Below are positions 48,546-58,510 of a stretch of 64,000 bases of DNA, one piece after another. The translations under genes were made by a program, and so were the position numbers. The DNA is taken from the NCBI GenBank assembly GCA_050633305.1, contig JBOEGF010000002.1, forward strand, positions 287,701 to 351,700. The letters are read 5' to 3'. Origin of the DNA: Nannocystales bacterium. GTDB taxonomy: Bacteria; Myxococcota_A; Polyangia; Nannocystales; Nannocystaceae. Each line of letters starts with the position of its first letter. The stretch's first letter is position 1. Under the pieces are notes generated by a model. The model did not search any database. It had not been told where the DNA came from and saw nothing but the letters and a program-made list of their open reading frames with translations.

Positions 48546-49542
48546 CCGTCAGCTGAGGCGCGAAGCCTCGATCCGCGTCGCTCACAACAGCACATGGATC
48601 GAAAACCGCACACTCGCCCTGGACGAGGCGGTCGCGGCGATCGAGTCCAAGGCCGCCGGATCTGAGAGCCGGACGAGCCCCGAGGTCGAAGTCCGCAACT
48701 ACTTCGATGCCTTGGCGCTGATCGACGACAACCTCGACGTCGCGCCCGACGAGGATTGGATGCGCCGGCTCCACGCCACCATCATGCGGGGCGTTGGATC
48801 CGGCCGACCTCGGGAGCGCTCGGAGTATCGACAAGGCACCGTCCAGATCGGCAACTTCGCCTACGTGCCACCGGCTTCGGAAGATGTTCCGGGCTTGATG
48901 GCGGACTTGTCCGACTGGGCCTCGACGGCGACGGACGAACTCCCCGACGACCTGGTTGCAGCGATCCTTGCCTACCAGTTTGTCACCATTCATCCCTTCA
49001 TGGACGGCAATGGTCGGACCTGCCGAGCGCTCGCGACCTGGGTGCTGCGGCGCCGCTACGACCCGAAGGGCCTGCTCAACGTTGAGGAGTTCTACGTCGG
49101 AGACCTCGACGGGTACTACGGCTCTCTTCAGATGGGACTCCATCCGATCTACTACGAGTCCAACGAGAACGGTAGCCGCTCGGATCCGGATCTCAGCCCG
49201 TGGCTCGACTACTTCTGCGCCGCTTTGGGCGAGGCCGCTGGACGGATGCGGGAATCCATCACCGCGAGCTTCCGCGCGCGCCATCCGGAGCTTCTCGATG
49301 ACCCGCTGGTCCACCTCCCGGACAACCTGCGTCGCTTCCTTGTAGACCTCGATCCGCTCACCCAGCTGTTTGGTGCGTCCGAAGTTAGCGGTCGCTTTCA
49401 CGTGAGCCCGAAGACGGCACGGGTGTGGCTCAAAGGCTGGAGCCAGGCGGGTTTCATCGAGCCTGGGACTCCGGGCGCACTGCGGGTGCACAAGTTTCGA
49501 CTGACCTCGGCTTGGCTCGGGCGGCTCGATAGCGGAAGTTGA
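48545..49542 (+). pseudogene. Fic family (class II-like) protein, 5'-truncated
   Basis: Canonical HPFMDGNGRTCR; inhibitory-type HNSTWIEN; C-terminal wHTH-like region; native N-terminus missing because upstream DNA is the antisense HTTM remnant. Confidence 0.8.
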
Positions 49543-49714
49543 TCGGAGCCAATAGAGGAAGTCGTTTGGTAGGGGCTCGCGGAAAACCTGAGTATTTTCA
49601 GCAAGTGCACCAGCCTTCGCCGGGAAATAGTGCCCATCGGCGACGGGAGTAGTGGGCGTTTACTGAGGACCAAACTTCGCGGAGAATGCTCCGACGGCGA
49701 GACTCGACGCCCCT

Positions 49715-50164
49715 CTACTCGCCCGCGCTTTCCGGCAATGCGGCGAGGCCAATCTCGTCTCCGATGTTGGCACCGACGAACGCGCCTGTCGCGTGGTGAA
49801 CCTCGAGCCCCGCGCCTCCGAAGCCGGAGGCCGGAGCGAGCCGGGCGATCAGCTTGCCCTGGGCCGCCTGCTGGGCCGGCAGCTTGTCGTTGGTCCAGGA
49901 CAAGCTCAGCTCGCAGCCGTCGTAGTTCGGCGGAAGTCTGCCAAGGTCCACCGTATCGGTCGTGATGTCGAATTCGGCAATGTAGACGGCCCACAATTCA
50001 AGTTGACCCCGGCTGGTCTCGACGACGACAGGGCTCGACTGCTCGATCTCTCCCCACGACTCGTTCCAGACGATCCAGACGTTGCGGATACGCGCGCCAA
50101 CGAAACCAATGTACTCGCACTTTTCCACTTGTCGCTCTCCGTATGTCGGTTTCTGGTCACCCAA
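49715..50164 (-). CDS. Hypothetical protein
   Basis: FVGARIRNVWIVW...PVVVET..GQLEL...NIGDEIGL; acidic, protein-like. Confidence 0.65.
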   Translation of the reverse strand: MGDQKPTYGERQVEKCEYIGFVGARIRNVWIVWNESWGEIEQSSPVVVETSRGQLELWAVYIAEFDITTDTVDLGRLPPNYDGCELSLSWTNDKLPAQQAAQGKLIARLAPASGFGGAGLEVHHATGAFVGANIGDEIGLAALPESAGE

Positions 50165-50289
50165 TCCGCGTCGGAGTTTAGCGACGCGGGGCAGGCCAGT
50201 CCGAAAGTGATGTCCGGTAGTACGCGTCGCGGACCGTCGACCGTCGACTGGCTTGGTTTCCTGGACACTCGCTCGCGATACGGGAGCAT

Positions 50290-50529
50290 TCAGGGCTCGA
50301 ACACGTCCGTCGGATCTGACACGGTCGCCGCCCGCACGAGCCAGCGGTCGAGCGTCTCTGCGTCGCCGCAGCTCTCGATGCGCTCCTGCACGTCTGCAGA
50401 GACATGTAGGCCGCGCGCACGAAGGATGACGAGGAGCGCCTCGACCTTGCCCTCCGCTTTGCCCTCAGCCTTTCCTTGCACGAGCCCCTTGGCGTGTCCT
50501 TCGGCGTGGAGTTGTTCTTCGATCGTCAT
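50290..50529 (-). CDS. Putative internal RpnS antitoxin of copy 1 (79 aa)
   Basis: gagg-ccgtgacc-ATG; MTIEEQLHAEG...GKAEGKAEGKVE...LDRW. Confidence 0.6.
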   Translation of the reverse strand: MTIEEQLHAEGHAKGLVQGKAEGKAEGKVEALLVILRARGLHVSADVQERIESCGDAETLDRWLVRAATVSDPTDVFEP

Positions 50530-51281
50530 GGTCACGGCCTCGGCAGTGGGCGCCTGCCCATCAAGGATGGCACGGAACTCGGACAGCTGCAGGTCGCGTG
50601 AGGCCTTGGCGATGTAGCGCAGGAGCACGATGAGCAGGTCTTTGCCTCGGGGTGTTTGCGCGAGCGATTCGAGGTCCCCTGCCCACGACGGGAGATTTCG
50701 AAGAAGCGTGTCTCGGTCACGAGCGTCGCGCAGCAGCCACAGGGAGAGCCGCGCGGCGTTGGCGAGCTCCCGAGCGCGCAGGTCGGCGTCGCTGGAGTGG
50801 TGGAGGTCGTCGATTGCGTACTGGAAGTCGGGGAGGACGCCCGGCGCGAGTTCGGCGACCGAGGCTGCGAACAGGTCGGCGAACCGACTGGGAGCCGTCC
50901 AGCCCCCCGGGACGTGGGCGAGGACCGCAGGGATATGAGGGGCAGCGGATCCTTCGGATATTCGCTTGCGTGGCGCGTCCAGATTCGGACCATGTAGCGA
51001 AGCAGTCGCAGCGCCATGCGTGGCTGCGCCGTAGACTGATGCTCGAACAGGACGTAGACGAAGACGGGCTCCTCGGATGGACGCGTGGCGGCGGAGAAGA
51101 GCAGGTCGCTGTGCTGGTCGGCGAGTTCTTCGTCAACGTAGGTACCGGGTTGGGGGGTGAGGCTGGACCAGTCGATGCGGGCGGCGATGTGGCCGGGGAG
51201 GATGTGTTGCAGCTCGGCGGCGGCGTGTTCGGGTTGGCCGAAGATGGTCTTGAACAGCGCGTCGTGGGGGGCGTTGGTCAC
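50290..51281 (-). pseudogene. Rpn/YhgA-like PD-(D/E)XK nuclease (Transposase_31), copy 1, frameshifted
   Basis: PHDALFK, SDLLFS, YVLFEHQS, LRLLRYM; 1-bp deletion near 50934 (gggatatgagg vs gggatgatgagg in copy 2). Confidence 0.92.
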
Positions 51282-51321
51282 CGGGGGAGTGACGTAGCAC
51301 TGGGCGCGGGCGCAGGCTCGG

Positions 51322-52305
51322 ATGCGTTCGGGGCTCGGACACCTGTCTTCTGGGGACGTTGTCGACGATGCGCAGGGCCGCCGGCATGACCGAGGTTTTC
51401 AGTCCAGCGGTCGCTGCTGTCGTGTCTCCGACCTCGCGATTCGGTTGAGTGGGGTGTGGTTCTCCTGGCCTGGCCGTCGGATGGCCTCGGCTGGCGACGA
51501 AAGCCCGTCGCTTTCGGAGAGGACGTCGACCTCAAGCTCGCCCCAACCGAGGACGAGGACAGGCAAGGCACGAGGCCGCATGGCCTTGAGAACGCTGGGC
51601 GAGCGTCGAGTGACCACGCGAGAGGTCGCGCCGCTGCTGGTCGTGGTTCCCGCGCCGGGCCCTGAGCGAGCGCTTCAGGAGGACGAGTATTTCTCGGTGA
51701 GCGTCGATGCCTTGGGGTTCGACCGCAATGGCCTGCTGTGGGCGACGGGCGATCAGCGACTCTACTATTGCAGCGTGGCGACGGGGATCTGTGCGACCCA
51801 GGGCATCCTTCCCCCCGACGCTTGGTCGATCTGGTTCGCCGATAACCCACAGGGCGAGGAGGTTCTGCTCGCCTCGGATGTCGACTTCACGACGAGCCTC
51901 CTGCAGCGGCTCGCTGTCCCCTCGATCTTCGGTCCGCTCGCAGGTGAGCTCTTGGGAAGAGTGGAGCTGTGCGCCGAGCCGGGCCCAGCAGCGCCGCCAG
52001 GTCTCGCGGCCGTCGGCGCCGGTCCAGTGCAGAAGCAGGGCGGCGTGGCGGTCGCTGTCGTGCGAGACGAGGGCGCGCTCAGGTTGACGTTTCTCCAGTT
52101 CGGCCTGGCGCCCGGGGTGGTCGAGCAACACCGACTGCCCGAGGAGCTTCGGCCGGTTGCGCTCGTCCCCACGGACCGCGGCGTTCTCCTCTTCGGAGCA
52201 CAGGGGGCGATTCACGAGTGGTCGTCGAGCGGAGGCCTCCGAAAGCTTGCCGAGACAGGGTACGAGTGGAGGGCAGCGGCGGGGTTTGAGCTGGAGGTGC
52301 CATGA
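51322..52305 (+). CDS. Gene X copy 1, hypothetical beta-propeller-like protein (start uncertain)
   Basis: VDALGFDRNGLLWA...YYCSVATGIC...ETGYEWRAAAG; the only uninterrupted copy of three. Confidence 0.55.
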   Translation: MRSGLGHLSSGDVVDDAQGRRHDRGFQSSGRCCRVSDLAIRLSGVWFSWPGRRMASAGDESPSLSERTSTSSSPQPRTRTGKARGRMALRTLGERRVTTREVAPLLVVVPAPGPERALQEDEYFSVSVDALGFDRNGLLWATGDQRLYYCSVATGICATQGILPPDAWSIWFADNPQGEEVLLASDVDFTTSLLQRLAVPSIFGPLAGELLGRVELCAEPGPAAPPGLAAVGAGPVQKQGGVAVAVVRDEGALRLTFLQFGLAPGVVEQHRLPEELRPVALVPTDRGVLLFGAQGAIHEWSSSGGLRKLAETGYEWRAAAGFELEVP

Positions 52306-52577
52306 GGGTGTGCGGCACCAGGGTGAGATGAGGGCGGACCAATCGATCTCTCCGGTCGAGCCTTCAAGACCTCGAGCGCGTAGTAGCCATCGAATCCCTC
52401 GAATGAGAGCGTCCAGTCTGGCCCGACGCCGTCGGGCAGCTCGGGTGACTGGGAGTGCGTTTCCCGGTGGATGGACGGCAACGGATATGTCGGTGGATTG
52501 AGTGCGCGCAGTGCAGTCTGCAGCGTGGCACCCTACTGCAGGTTGTCGCGACGCTCGACAGGCTCGCGGACGATGGG

Positions 52578-52601
52578 GCTGGTGCTGGTGCTGGTGCTGG
52601 T
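52578..52601. repeat. (gctggt)4 microsatellite
   Basis: Direct reading. Confidence 0.85.
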
Positions 52602-52773
52602 GCCGGCCCCGCGGGCCGCCTCGGAACTCGGATATCGCCTCGGCGTCCTTCGCCGTTGCATACCGATCACGCCGTCCAGTCCACCCAGCGTCGGCGCAGA
52701 ATGCGCCGGCTGAAAATGCTCAACAGCTCAAGCCCGAAACGACGCAAGGATATGGCACAATCAGAAGAACGGC

Positions 52774-53868
52774 GTGTACTCCGATTGCGATTTTGACTTC
52801 GACAGCTGTACCGCGGGCGGAGGAACACAAATCCTTCGACGAATATGGTGGCCACCCCACGGCATTGTGACTATCGACTACGGTCTGGACGTCGACTGCA
52901 GCGCTGCCGAGGGCGAATACACAGATCAAGGGCTAGAAACCACGATCGGCGAGTGGCCGTTCGACCGAAAGGAAGAAGCCCTAACTCGCCGATTCGGACA
53001 AAACTGGCCTCCCAACAGCACCCCAATGGCCTGCGCGAGCGACGAGCTTCTTGCCACGAAGGATCGCTGTTCTATCCCTGAATCGCTGGAGCCCACCGCA
53101 GGTGCACCGAGTCACTTCGGGGCGGAAGAGGACCCCGCGGGGACCTCGGCTCACCTGGAGTGGAGCTGGGCGGGGCTGACAGGGCGTCTCGAAGAGACGG
53201 AGATTGACCTCGATCTTCGCCACAGCATCGTCCAATGTGACCATGCAAAGAGCGGAAACTGTCTAAAACTTGCTGCCTTGACAGCCTCAACGGACAGCAC
53301 ATACGCCGTCGACGGATCGACTATCCAGCTAAGCGATCTACAGCTGCAGATTGTCGGACAGGAGAAGGCGGGAATTCCTCTGGGCCGACGAGATTCGTTC
53401 AAGATCGCTCCAGGCTCACTTGAGTCGCTTGTTTCTTTCCAGTCGAGCGAGCGCGGCGCGACATCCGTATCACTCAAGAACGCCGCAGAAGCCACGGGCC
53501 GAATATCCCCGACATCAGGCGCCCTGACCATCCGAGGCCTAGTATTCAACTTCGGAGGGTTGGGGTTCGAGGCTCGTCTGACCCTAGATATCACGGCGAA
53601 CTACACCGAGCGGCCGCCCGAGACATCGATCGCGATCGTGGAGGCTCCCCGAGACTGCGCCTCTCCGATGGTATTCCGTGGGATATCGAACGATCTCGAC
53701 GGCGGGGAGCTCCACCATCACTGGTGGTCAAACAAAGGGAACCTCGGAGATGGCCCGTTACTTGAGGCCGTGCTCCCAGCTGGGCCCAATTTCGTCGTCC
53801 TCACGACGTCTGATGCCGAGGGCAACTTCTCCACCGACAACGTTGAAATCGATCGGCGTTGCGAATGA
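52774..53868 (+). CDS. Hypothetical protein with C-terminal PKD/Ig-like domain, probably 5'-truncated
   Basis: SNDLDGGEL.H.WW...G.GP.LEAVLPAGP..V.LT..DAEG; AT-richer; no clear N-terminus. Confidence 0.65.
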   Translation: MYSDCDFDFDSCTAGGGTQILRRIWWPPHGIVTIDYGLDVDCSAAEGEYTDQGLETTIGEWPFDRKEEALTRRFGQNWPPNSTPMACASDELLATKDRCSIPESLEPTAGAPSHFGAEEDPAGTSAHLEWSWAGLTGRLEETEIDLDLRHSIVQCDHAKSGNCLKLAALTASTDSTYAVDGSTIQLSDLQLQIVGQEKAGIPLGRRDSFKIAPGSLESLVSFQSSERGATSVSLKNAAEATGRISPTSGALTIRGLVFNFGGLGFEARLTLDITANYTERPPETSIAIVEAPRDCASPMVFRGISNDLDGGELHHHWWSNKGNLGDGPLLEAVLPAGPNFVVLTTSDAEGNFSTDNVEIDRRCE

Positions 53869-54959
53869 CTGTTCGTACGACGAAGACGTATACCGTCATC
53901 TCGCTCTTCACCCTCGCGAGCTGGCTACCCGGATGTGAGGCCGATGGGGGCGGCGACGAAGTGTTCGCCAGCGACGAACTCGTCATCCTGTCTGTTCCCG
54001 GAGAGGTTCTCTGCAACGGGTCGGTGGATGGCGTGGTGCGTGAGTACGACAGGATCGCCCGCCTCCACGTCGGCGACGCCTCCATCCCCACAGAGAAACT
54101 CGTCGCTCGGGTAGGAAGTCGGGCGGGTGAAGAGTTCTGCGATTTCGGAGACAGTTCGCTCGGCGGCTGCGCTGGCTACACCGAGAACGGCACGCTCACG
54201 GCAGTGGGACAAGTAGACGTCATCTCCCACGAACTCGTTCACGGGATCCGACGACAGTTCGGGTACTTCGGTAACCGGTTCATCGAGGAAGGTCTTGCGG
54301 AGTTCGATCGCGCAGGGGCGTTTGGAGACTTCGGTGCCGCACCAACAACAGTCGACGTCGACGCACAGCTCGAAAGCTTCGGGGGCGATGGCTCGTCCTA
54401 CATTGGGGCGATGACCTTCGTCGCCTTCTTGTTGGACCGGCACGGCGAGGACGCAGTTCGCGAGGCAACACGCACGCAAGCCTACGGGGACGCGTTGACT
54501 CGGGCAGGGTTGGACGACTGGTTCAGCACGAGCTTCGGTGAGCCCCTTGCAGAAACGATCGCCGCTTTCGAAGCGGCGGACGCACCGGCGCTGACTCAGC
54601 GTGCCGGTCCGTGCGCGCTCGAAGTCAACGACCCAGCTCCGCCCACCACCACGAGCGAAGTTCAGTGCTCGACGAACGGCATTGGTGTCATCTCGCCGTC
54701 GCTGGGGCCGGACCGACTTGAGAGCTTGCCAGAGTGCTTCACTACACCGGGAGGAGGCGCGAGCGTCACCCACCAGTCGTCAGAGGATGTCGTCATTACG
54801 GTCACGTCCTGGGCATGTGAGAATGGCGAGCCGCAGAACCGAGCCGCCACGATCCTTCGCGCGGGAGAACAAGCGGAGGTTGGTCCAGAGAGCTGTATGT
54901 TTAGTATCAGCTCGTCGGGACCAGCTGATGGCTATTTGTTGGACTGGGCGCTCGAGTAG
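53865..54959 (+). CDS. Lipoprotein with HExxH...E (gluzincin/peptidase MA-like) motif
   Basis: LPGC lipobox; ISHELVHGI..FIEEGLAE; FVAFLLDRHG; ATGA overlap with the upstream stop. Confidence 0.82.
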   Translation: MTVRTTKTYTVISLFTLASWLPGCEADGGGDEVFASDELVILSVPGEVLCNGSVDGVVREYDRIARLHVGDASIPTEKLVARVGSRAGEEFCDFGDSSLGGCAGYTENGTLTAVGQVDVISHELVHGIRRQFGYFGNRFIEEGLAEFDRAGAFGDFGAAPTTVDVDAQLESFGGDGSSYIGAMTFVAFLLDRHGEDAVREATRTQAYGDALTRAGLDDWFSTSFGEPLAETIAAFEAADAPALTQRAGPCALEVNDPAPPTTTSEVQCSTNGIGVISPSLGPDRLESLPECFTTPGGGASVTHQSSEDVVITVTSWACENGEPQNRAATILRAGEQAEVGPESCMFSISSSGPADGYLLDWALE

Positions 54960-54964
54960 TCGCG

Positions 54965-55106
54965 GCGCTACATCCCACAGCATGGGGTCGAGCGCATGAC
55001 CGGGCAGCAGCGCACCCGTGGGGTCAACGATGTGGATCATCGCGACGTCGCCCTCCTACCCGCCGACCGCGATGCACCGGTCGTCCGGGACCTCGACCGC
55101 GTAGCC
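54965..55106 (-). pseudogene. Gene Y fragment
   Basis: Aligns with 61249-61390 (IHIVDPTGALLPGHALDPM vs THIADPTGSLLPGNAIDPM). Confidence 0.7.
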
Positions 55107-55134
55107 GAATACGGCAGCACTGTCGTATTTGAGC
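55098..55134. repeat. 37-bp hairpin repeat, copy 2
   Basis: gaatacggcag-ca-ctgtcgtattt; two A>G changes relative to 45959-45982. Confidence 0.85.
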
Positions 55135-55310
55135 GCTATTTCGCCCTATCTCGCAGGCGCTCCCAAGGATGAAACTGCTGACGCGCTAGAAGCACGGGTT
55201 GAAGCAGCTTCCGAGCTTCTGAGAGGGAATTACAGGAGCGCGATTGTTCATGACTAAGTCCGAAGCTCCGAACCGGTGACGCGACGCCACACGCTACGCC
55301 CAGCTCGCGG

Positions 55311-55390
55311 TGCGTATTCCCGTATTCCGGTCGCACTTGGGCACGGATTCCGGCCGGACCTGGGCAAGGATTCCGGAGCACTTGGGCAGG
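55311..55390 (+). mobile_element. Orphan IS21-family-like terminal end
   Basis: TGCGTATTCC start followed by three roughly 22-bp direct repeats attccgg..(c/g)ac(t/c)tgggca, the multi-repeat architecture of IS21 ends; no istA/istB follows. Confidence 0.65.
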
Positions 55391-55824
55391 CTTAGCCTGA
55401 ACGTGAGTGGTACCCGAACAGCGGTGCGGCTGAATCGCGGAGGCCCCGAGAGACCGTACGGAAAACAGGTTGGCGGGGCTGCGCAGGCATCTTCAGAGCG
55501 TGAGCTGTCCGGGCGGATGCTGCAGCTCGGCCGTGTCCATCGCCGACGACGAGTCCGGACCTCAGTCGGGGTATCGAGCCGACGACACCGTACTGACGGG
55601 CGTCGCCAGAGGACCCACGAAGGCCGAACCGGCGCGCGTCGACCGACCTGCTCAGGGGTCGGTGGTCATACTCGCCGTAGTCACCACCGTCGCACTCCAT
55701 TGGGTGGTGTCGACCGCAGGGGCGACCGGCGAGGGACTTCGAGAGACTCCGAGCTTCCTGGTCGACGCTCCGGTCCTCGTCTGCTCGGCGGTCACCAGCC
55801 CCCCTCAACCCTACCAGGTAGCGT

Positions 55825-56805
55825 TCAAGACCCGAACACATCGACCGGATCGGAGACAGTCGCCGCCCGGACGAGCCAGCGGTCGAGCGTCTCCGCGTCA
55901 CCGCAGGTCTCGATGCGCGTCCGAACGTCTGCGGGAACATGGAGTCCGCGTGCACGAAGGATGACGAGGAGCGCCTCGGCCTTGCCCTCCGCCTTTCCCT
56001 GCACGAGGCCCTTGGCGTGTCCTTCTGCGTGGAGCTGTTCTTCGATCGTCATGGTCACGGCCTCGGCTGTGGGCGCCTGCCCGTCAAGGATGGCACGGAA
56101 CTCGGAGAGCTGCAGGTCGCGTGAGGCCTTCGCGATGTAGCGCAGAAGCACGATGAGCAGGTCCTTGCCTCGGGGTGTTTGTGCGAGCGTTTCCAGGTCT
56201 CCCGCCCACGACGGGAGGGTTCGTAGGAGTGCGTCGCGGTCTCGGGCGTCGCGCAGCAACCACAGCGAGAGTCGCGCCGCGTTGGCGAGCACCCGAGCGC
56301 GCAGGTCGGCGTCGCTGGAATGGTGCAGGTCGTCGATTGCGTACTGGAAGTCGGGGAGAACGCCCGGCGCGATGTCGGCGACCGGGGCTGCGAATAGGTC
56401 GGCGAACCGCGTGGGAGCCGTCCAGCCGCCCGGGATGTGGGCGAGGACCGCAGGGATGATGAGGGGCAGTGGCGCGTCAGGGTGCTCATTCGCGTGGCGT
56501 TGCCAGATCCGGACCATGTAGCGAAGCAGTCGCAGCGCCATGCGTGGCTGCGCCGTAGACTGATGCTCGAACAGGACGTAGACGAAGACGGGCTCCTCGG
56601 ATGGACGCGTGGCGGCGGAGAAGAGGAGGTCGCTGTGCTGGTCGGCGAGTTCTTCGTCGACGTAGGTGCCGGGTTGTGGGGTGAGGCTGGACCAGTCGAT
56701 GCGCGCGGCGATGTGGCCGGGAAGGATGTGTTGCAGCTCGGCTGCAGCGTGTTCGGGTTGGCCGAAGATGGTCTTGAACAGCGCGTCGTGGGGGGCGTTG
56801 GTCAC
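55825..56805 (-). CDS. Rpn family recombination-promoting nuclease/putative transposase, copy 2, intact (326 aa)
   Basis: GTG start; PHDALFK, SDLLFS, EHQS, RLLRYM, LPLIIPAVLAH, C-terminal EGKA repeats; putative internal RpnS at 55825-56052. Confidence 0.93.
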   Translation of the reverse strand: MTNAPHDALFKTIFGQPEHAAAELQHILPGHIAARIDWSSLTPQPGTYVDEELADQHSDLLFSAATRPSEEPVFVYVLFEHQSTAQPRMALRLLRYMVRIWQRHANEHPDAPLPLIIPAVLAHIPGGWTAPTRFADLFAAPVADIAPGVLPDFQYAIDDLHHSSDADLRARVLANAARLSLWLLRDARDRDALLRTLPSWAGDLETLAQTPRGKDLLIVLLRYIAKASRDLQLSEFRAILDGQAPTAEAVTMTIEEQLHAEGHAKGLVQGKAEGKAEALLVILRARGLHVPADVRTRIETCGDAETLDRWLVRAATVSDPVDVFGS

Positions 56806-56849
56806 CGGGGGAGTGACGTAGCACTGGGCGCGGGCACAGGCTCGGATGC

Positions 56850-57330
56850 GTTCGGGGTTCGGACACCTGTCCTCTGAAGACGTTGTCCACGATGCGCAGG
56901 CCGCCGGCATGACCGAGGTCTTCAGTCCAGCGTTCGCGACTGTCGTGTCGCCGACCTCGCGAGTCGGTTGAGTGGGGTGTGGTTCTCCTGGCCTGCCCGT
57001 CGGATGGCCTCTGCAGGGGACGAAATCCCGTCGCTCTCGGAGAGGACGTCGACCTCAAGCTCGCCCCAACCGAGGACGAGGACAGGCAAGGCACGAGGCT
57101 GCATAGCCTTGAGAACGCTGGGCGAGCGCCGAGTGACCATGCCAGAGGTCGCGCCGCTGCTGGCCGCGGTTCCCGTGCTGGGCCCTGAGCGAGCGCTTCA
57201 GGAGGACGAGTACTTCTCGGTGAGCAGCACCGACTCCCACGGGAGCTTCGGCCGGTTGCGATCGTCCCCACCAACCGCGGCGTTCTCCTCTTCGGAGCAC
57301 AGGGGGCGGTTAACGAGCGGTCGTCGGAGG
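56850..57330 (+). pseudogene. Gene X copy 2 with an internal deletion of about 425 bp
   Basis: Homologous to 51322-51702, then jumps at a gagc microhomology (~57223-57226) to the equivalent of ~52123; homology ends near 57330. Confidence 0.82.
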
Positions 57331-57391
57331 CGGGCGCTGAACCCCACGGCCCCGGGTCGATCGCATGACTCAAGAGCAGCCGAGCCGCTGC

Positions 57392-58468
57392 TTAGCCCCC
57401 GATCTCCCGCAGCCCGAAGTACATATCGTCGGAGGACCGATTGGAGATTCGGACCGACCATGTGCCCGGCAGCAACCGATCCGAGTACACGCGGGGTTCG
57501 TCCATGAATGCCCCCGTTTGGATCTCGGACTCGCTGCATTCGCCGCACCTCATCATGACAACATCCACGTTCTTCAAGGAGAACTCAACGTCGGTCTCTT
57601 CTTCGAGCGTGAAATGCAGTACTTGTTTGGGCGCGTGCAGTTCGAGGACATCGGAGTCGAATCCCTGCACATCGGGACCGTCGCAGTCCAGCGGGCCATC
57701 TTGAACGATCGGCAATACGGTGGAGATCCCGTGCTCGCACGCCCAAATCGGATGGTTGCACATCGGCTCGGTGGACAGCGTTTCGAGCTGGGGCTGCAAT
57801 GGCTCTCCGAACACGTCTTCGAAGACAACGCCGATCTCGGCAACCGAAGCGTCGCGCGGGAGGTCTTCGTAGAAGCTTCGATAGCGCTCGACCCCGTACT
57901 CTTCGATCAATCGGCCTGTAAACCCGCCCGCCGCGTTGTAGCCGAGGTTCCAAACCTCGAGGAGCTCGGTGGATGTTTGGGACTCCAGCAGCGGTTCGAC
58001 GAGCTCCGGCGGTATGGTCCACTTGCTGAACGGCCGGGAGCCCCAGTATGTGGCGACACCCTCGGAAAAGAACGGCGGTGCGTCGATGTCGGCGATGAGG
58101 TGGACCAGTTCATGCTCGCCGGAAGACGTTTGACGGATCCACGCTTCCCTACTGGAGGGCGACGCACACCCTGTGCTCTGTGTAGAGCAGCCGAGCGAAG
58201 CCCAGGGCTGTTCGCCTGGCGACACAACCTCCATTTGCCCGCGCCACCCTGCAAGCTCGAAATCCCATCGGTCCGCGACGCTTTCGACAAACCGATCGTA
58301 TCCCGGGAGCGTGCCGGCGCAGATTTCCACGTCGCTAGGCAGCACGACATCGAGCCACTCACCCGAGACCTCGCGCTCGACCTCGGCCTCGCCGCAGGCT
58401 ACGGACGCGGCAAGGCCGAGCGCGACGGCACACTGCGAGGTGACCACGAATGGGGTCCTGTTTTTCAT
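57392..58468 (-). CDS. Lipoprotein with HExxH...E motif, paralog of 53865-54959
   Basis: SVAC lipobox; EICAGTL..YDRF; GEHELVHLI..FFSEGVATY; FTGRLIEEYG. Confidence 0.85.
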   Translation of the reverse strand: MKNRTPFVVTSQCAVALGLAASVACGEAEVEREVSGEWLDVVLPSDVEICAGTLPGYDRFVESVADRWDFELAGWRGQMEVVSPGEQPWASLGCSTQSTGCASPSSREAWIRQTSSGEHELVHLIADIDAPPFFSEGVATYWGSRPFSKWTIPPELVEPLLESQTSTELLEVWNLGYNAAGGFTGRLIEEYGVERYRSFYEDLPRDASVAEIGVVFEDVFGEPLQPQLETLSTEPMCNHPIWACEHGISTVLPIVQDGPLDCDGPDVQGFDSDVLELHAPKQVLHFTLEEETDVEFSLKNVDVVMMRCGECSESEIQTGAFMDEPRVYSDRLLPGTWSVRISNRSSDDMYFGLREIGG

Positions 58469-58510
58469 GGTCGCCGGCGTTCGAGTACGAGACTAACGCG
58501 GCGACAAGGG

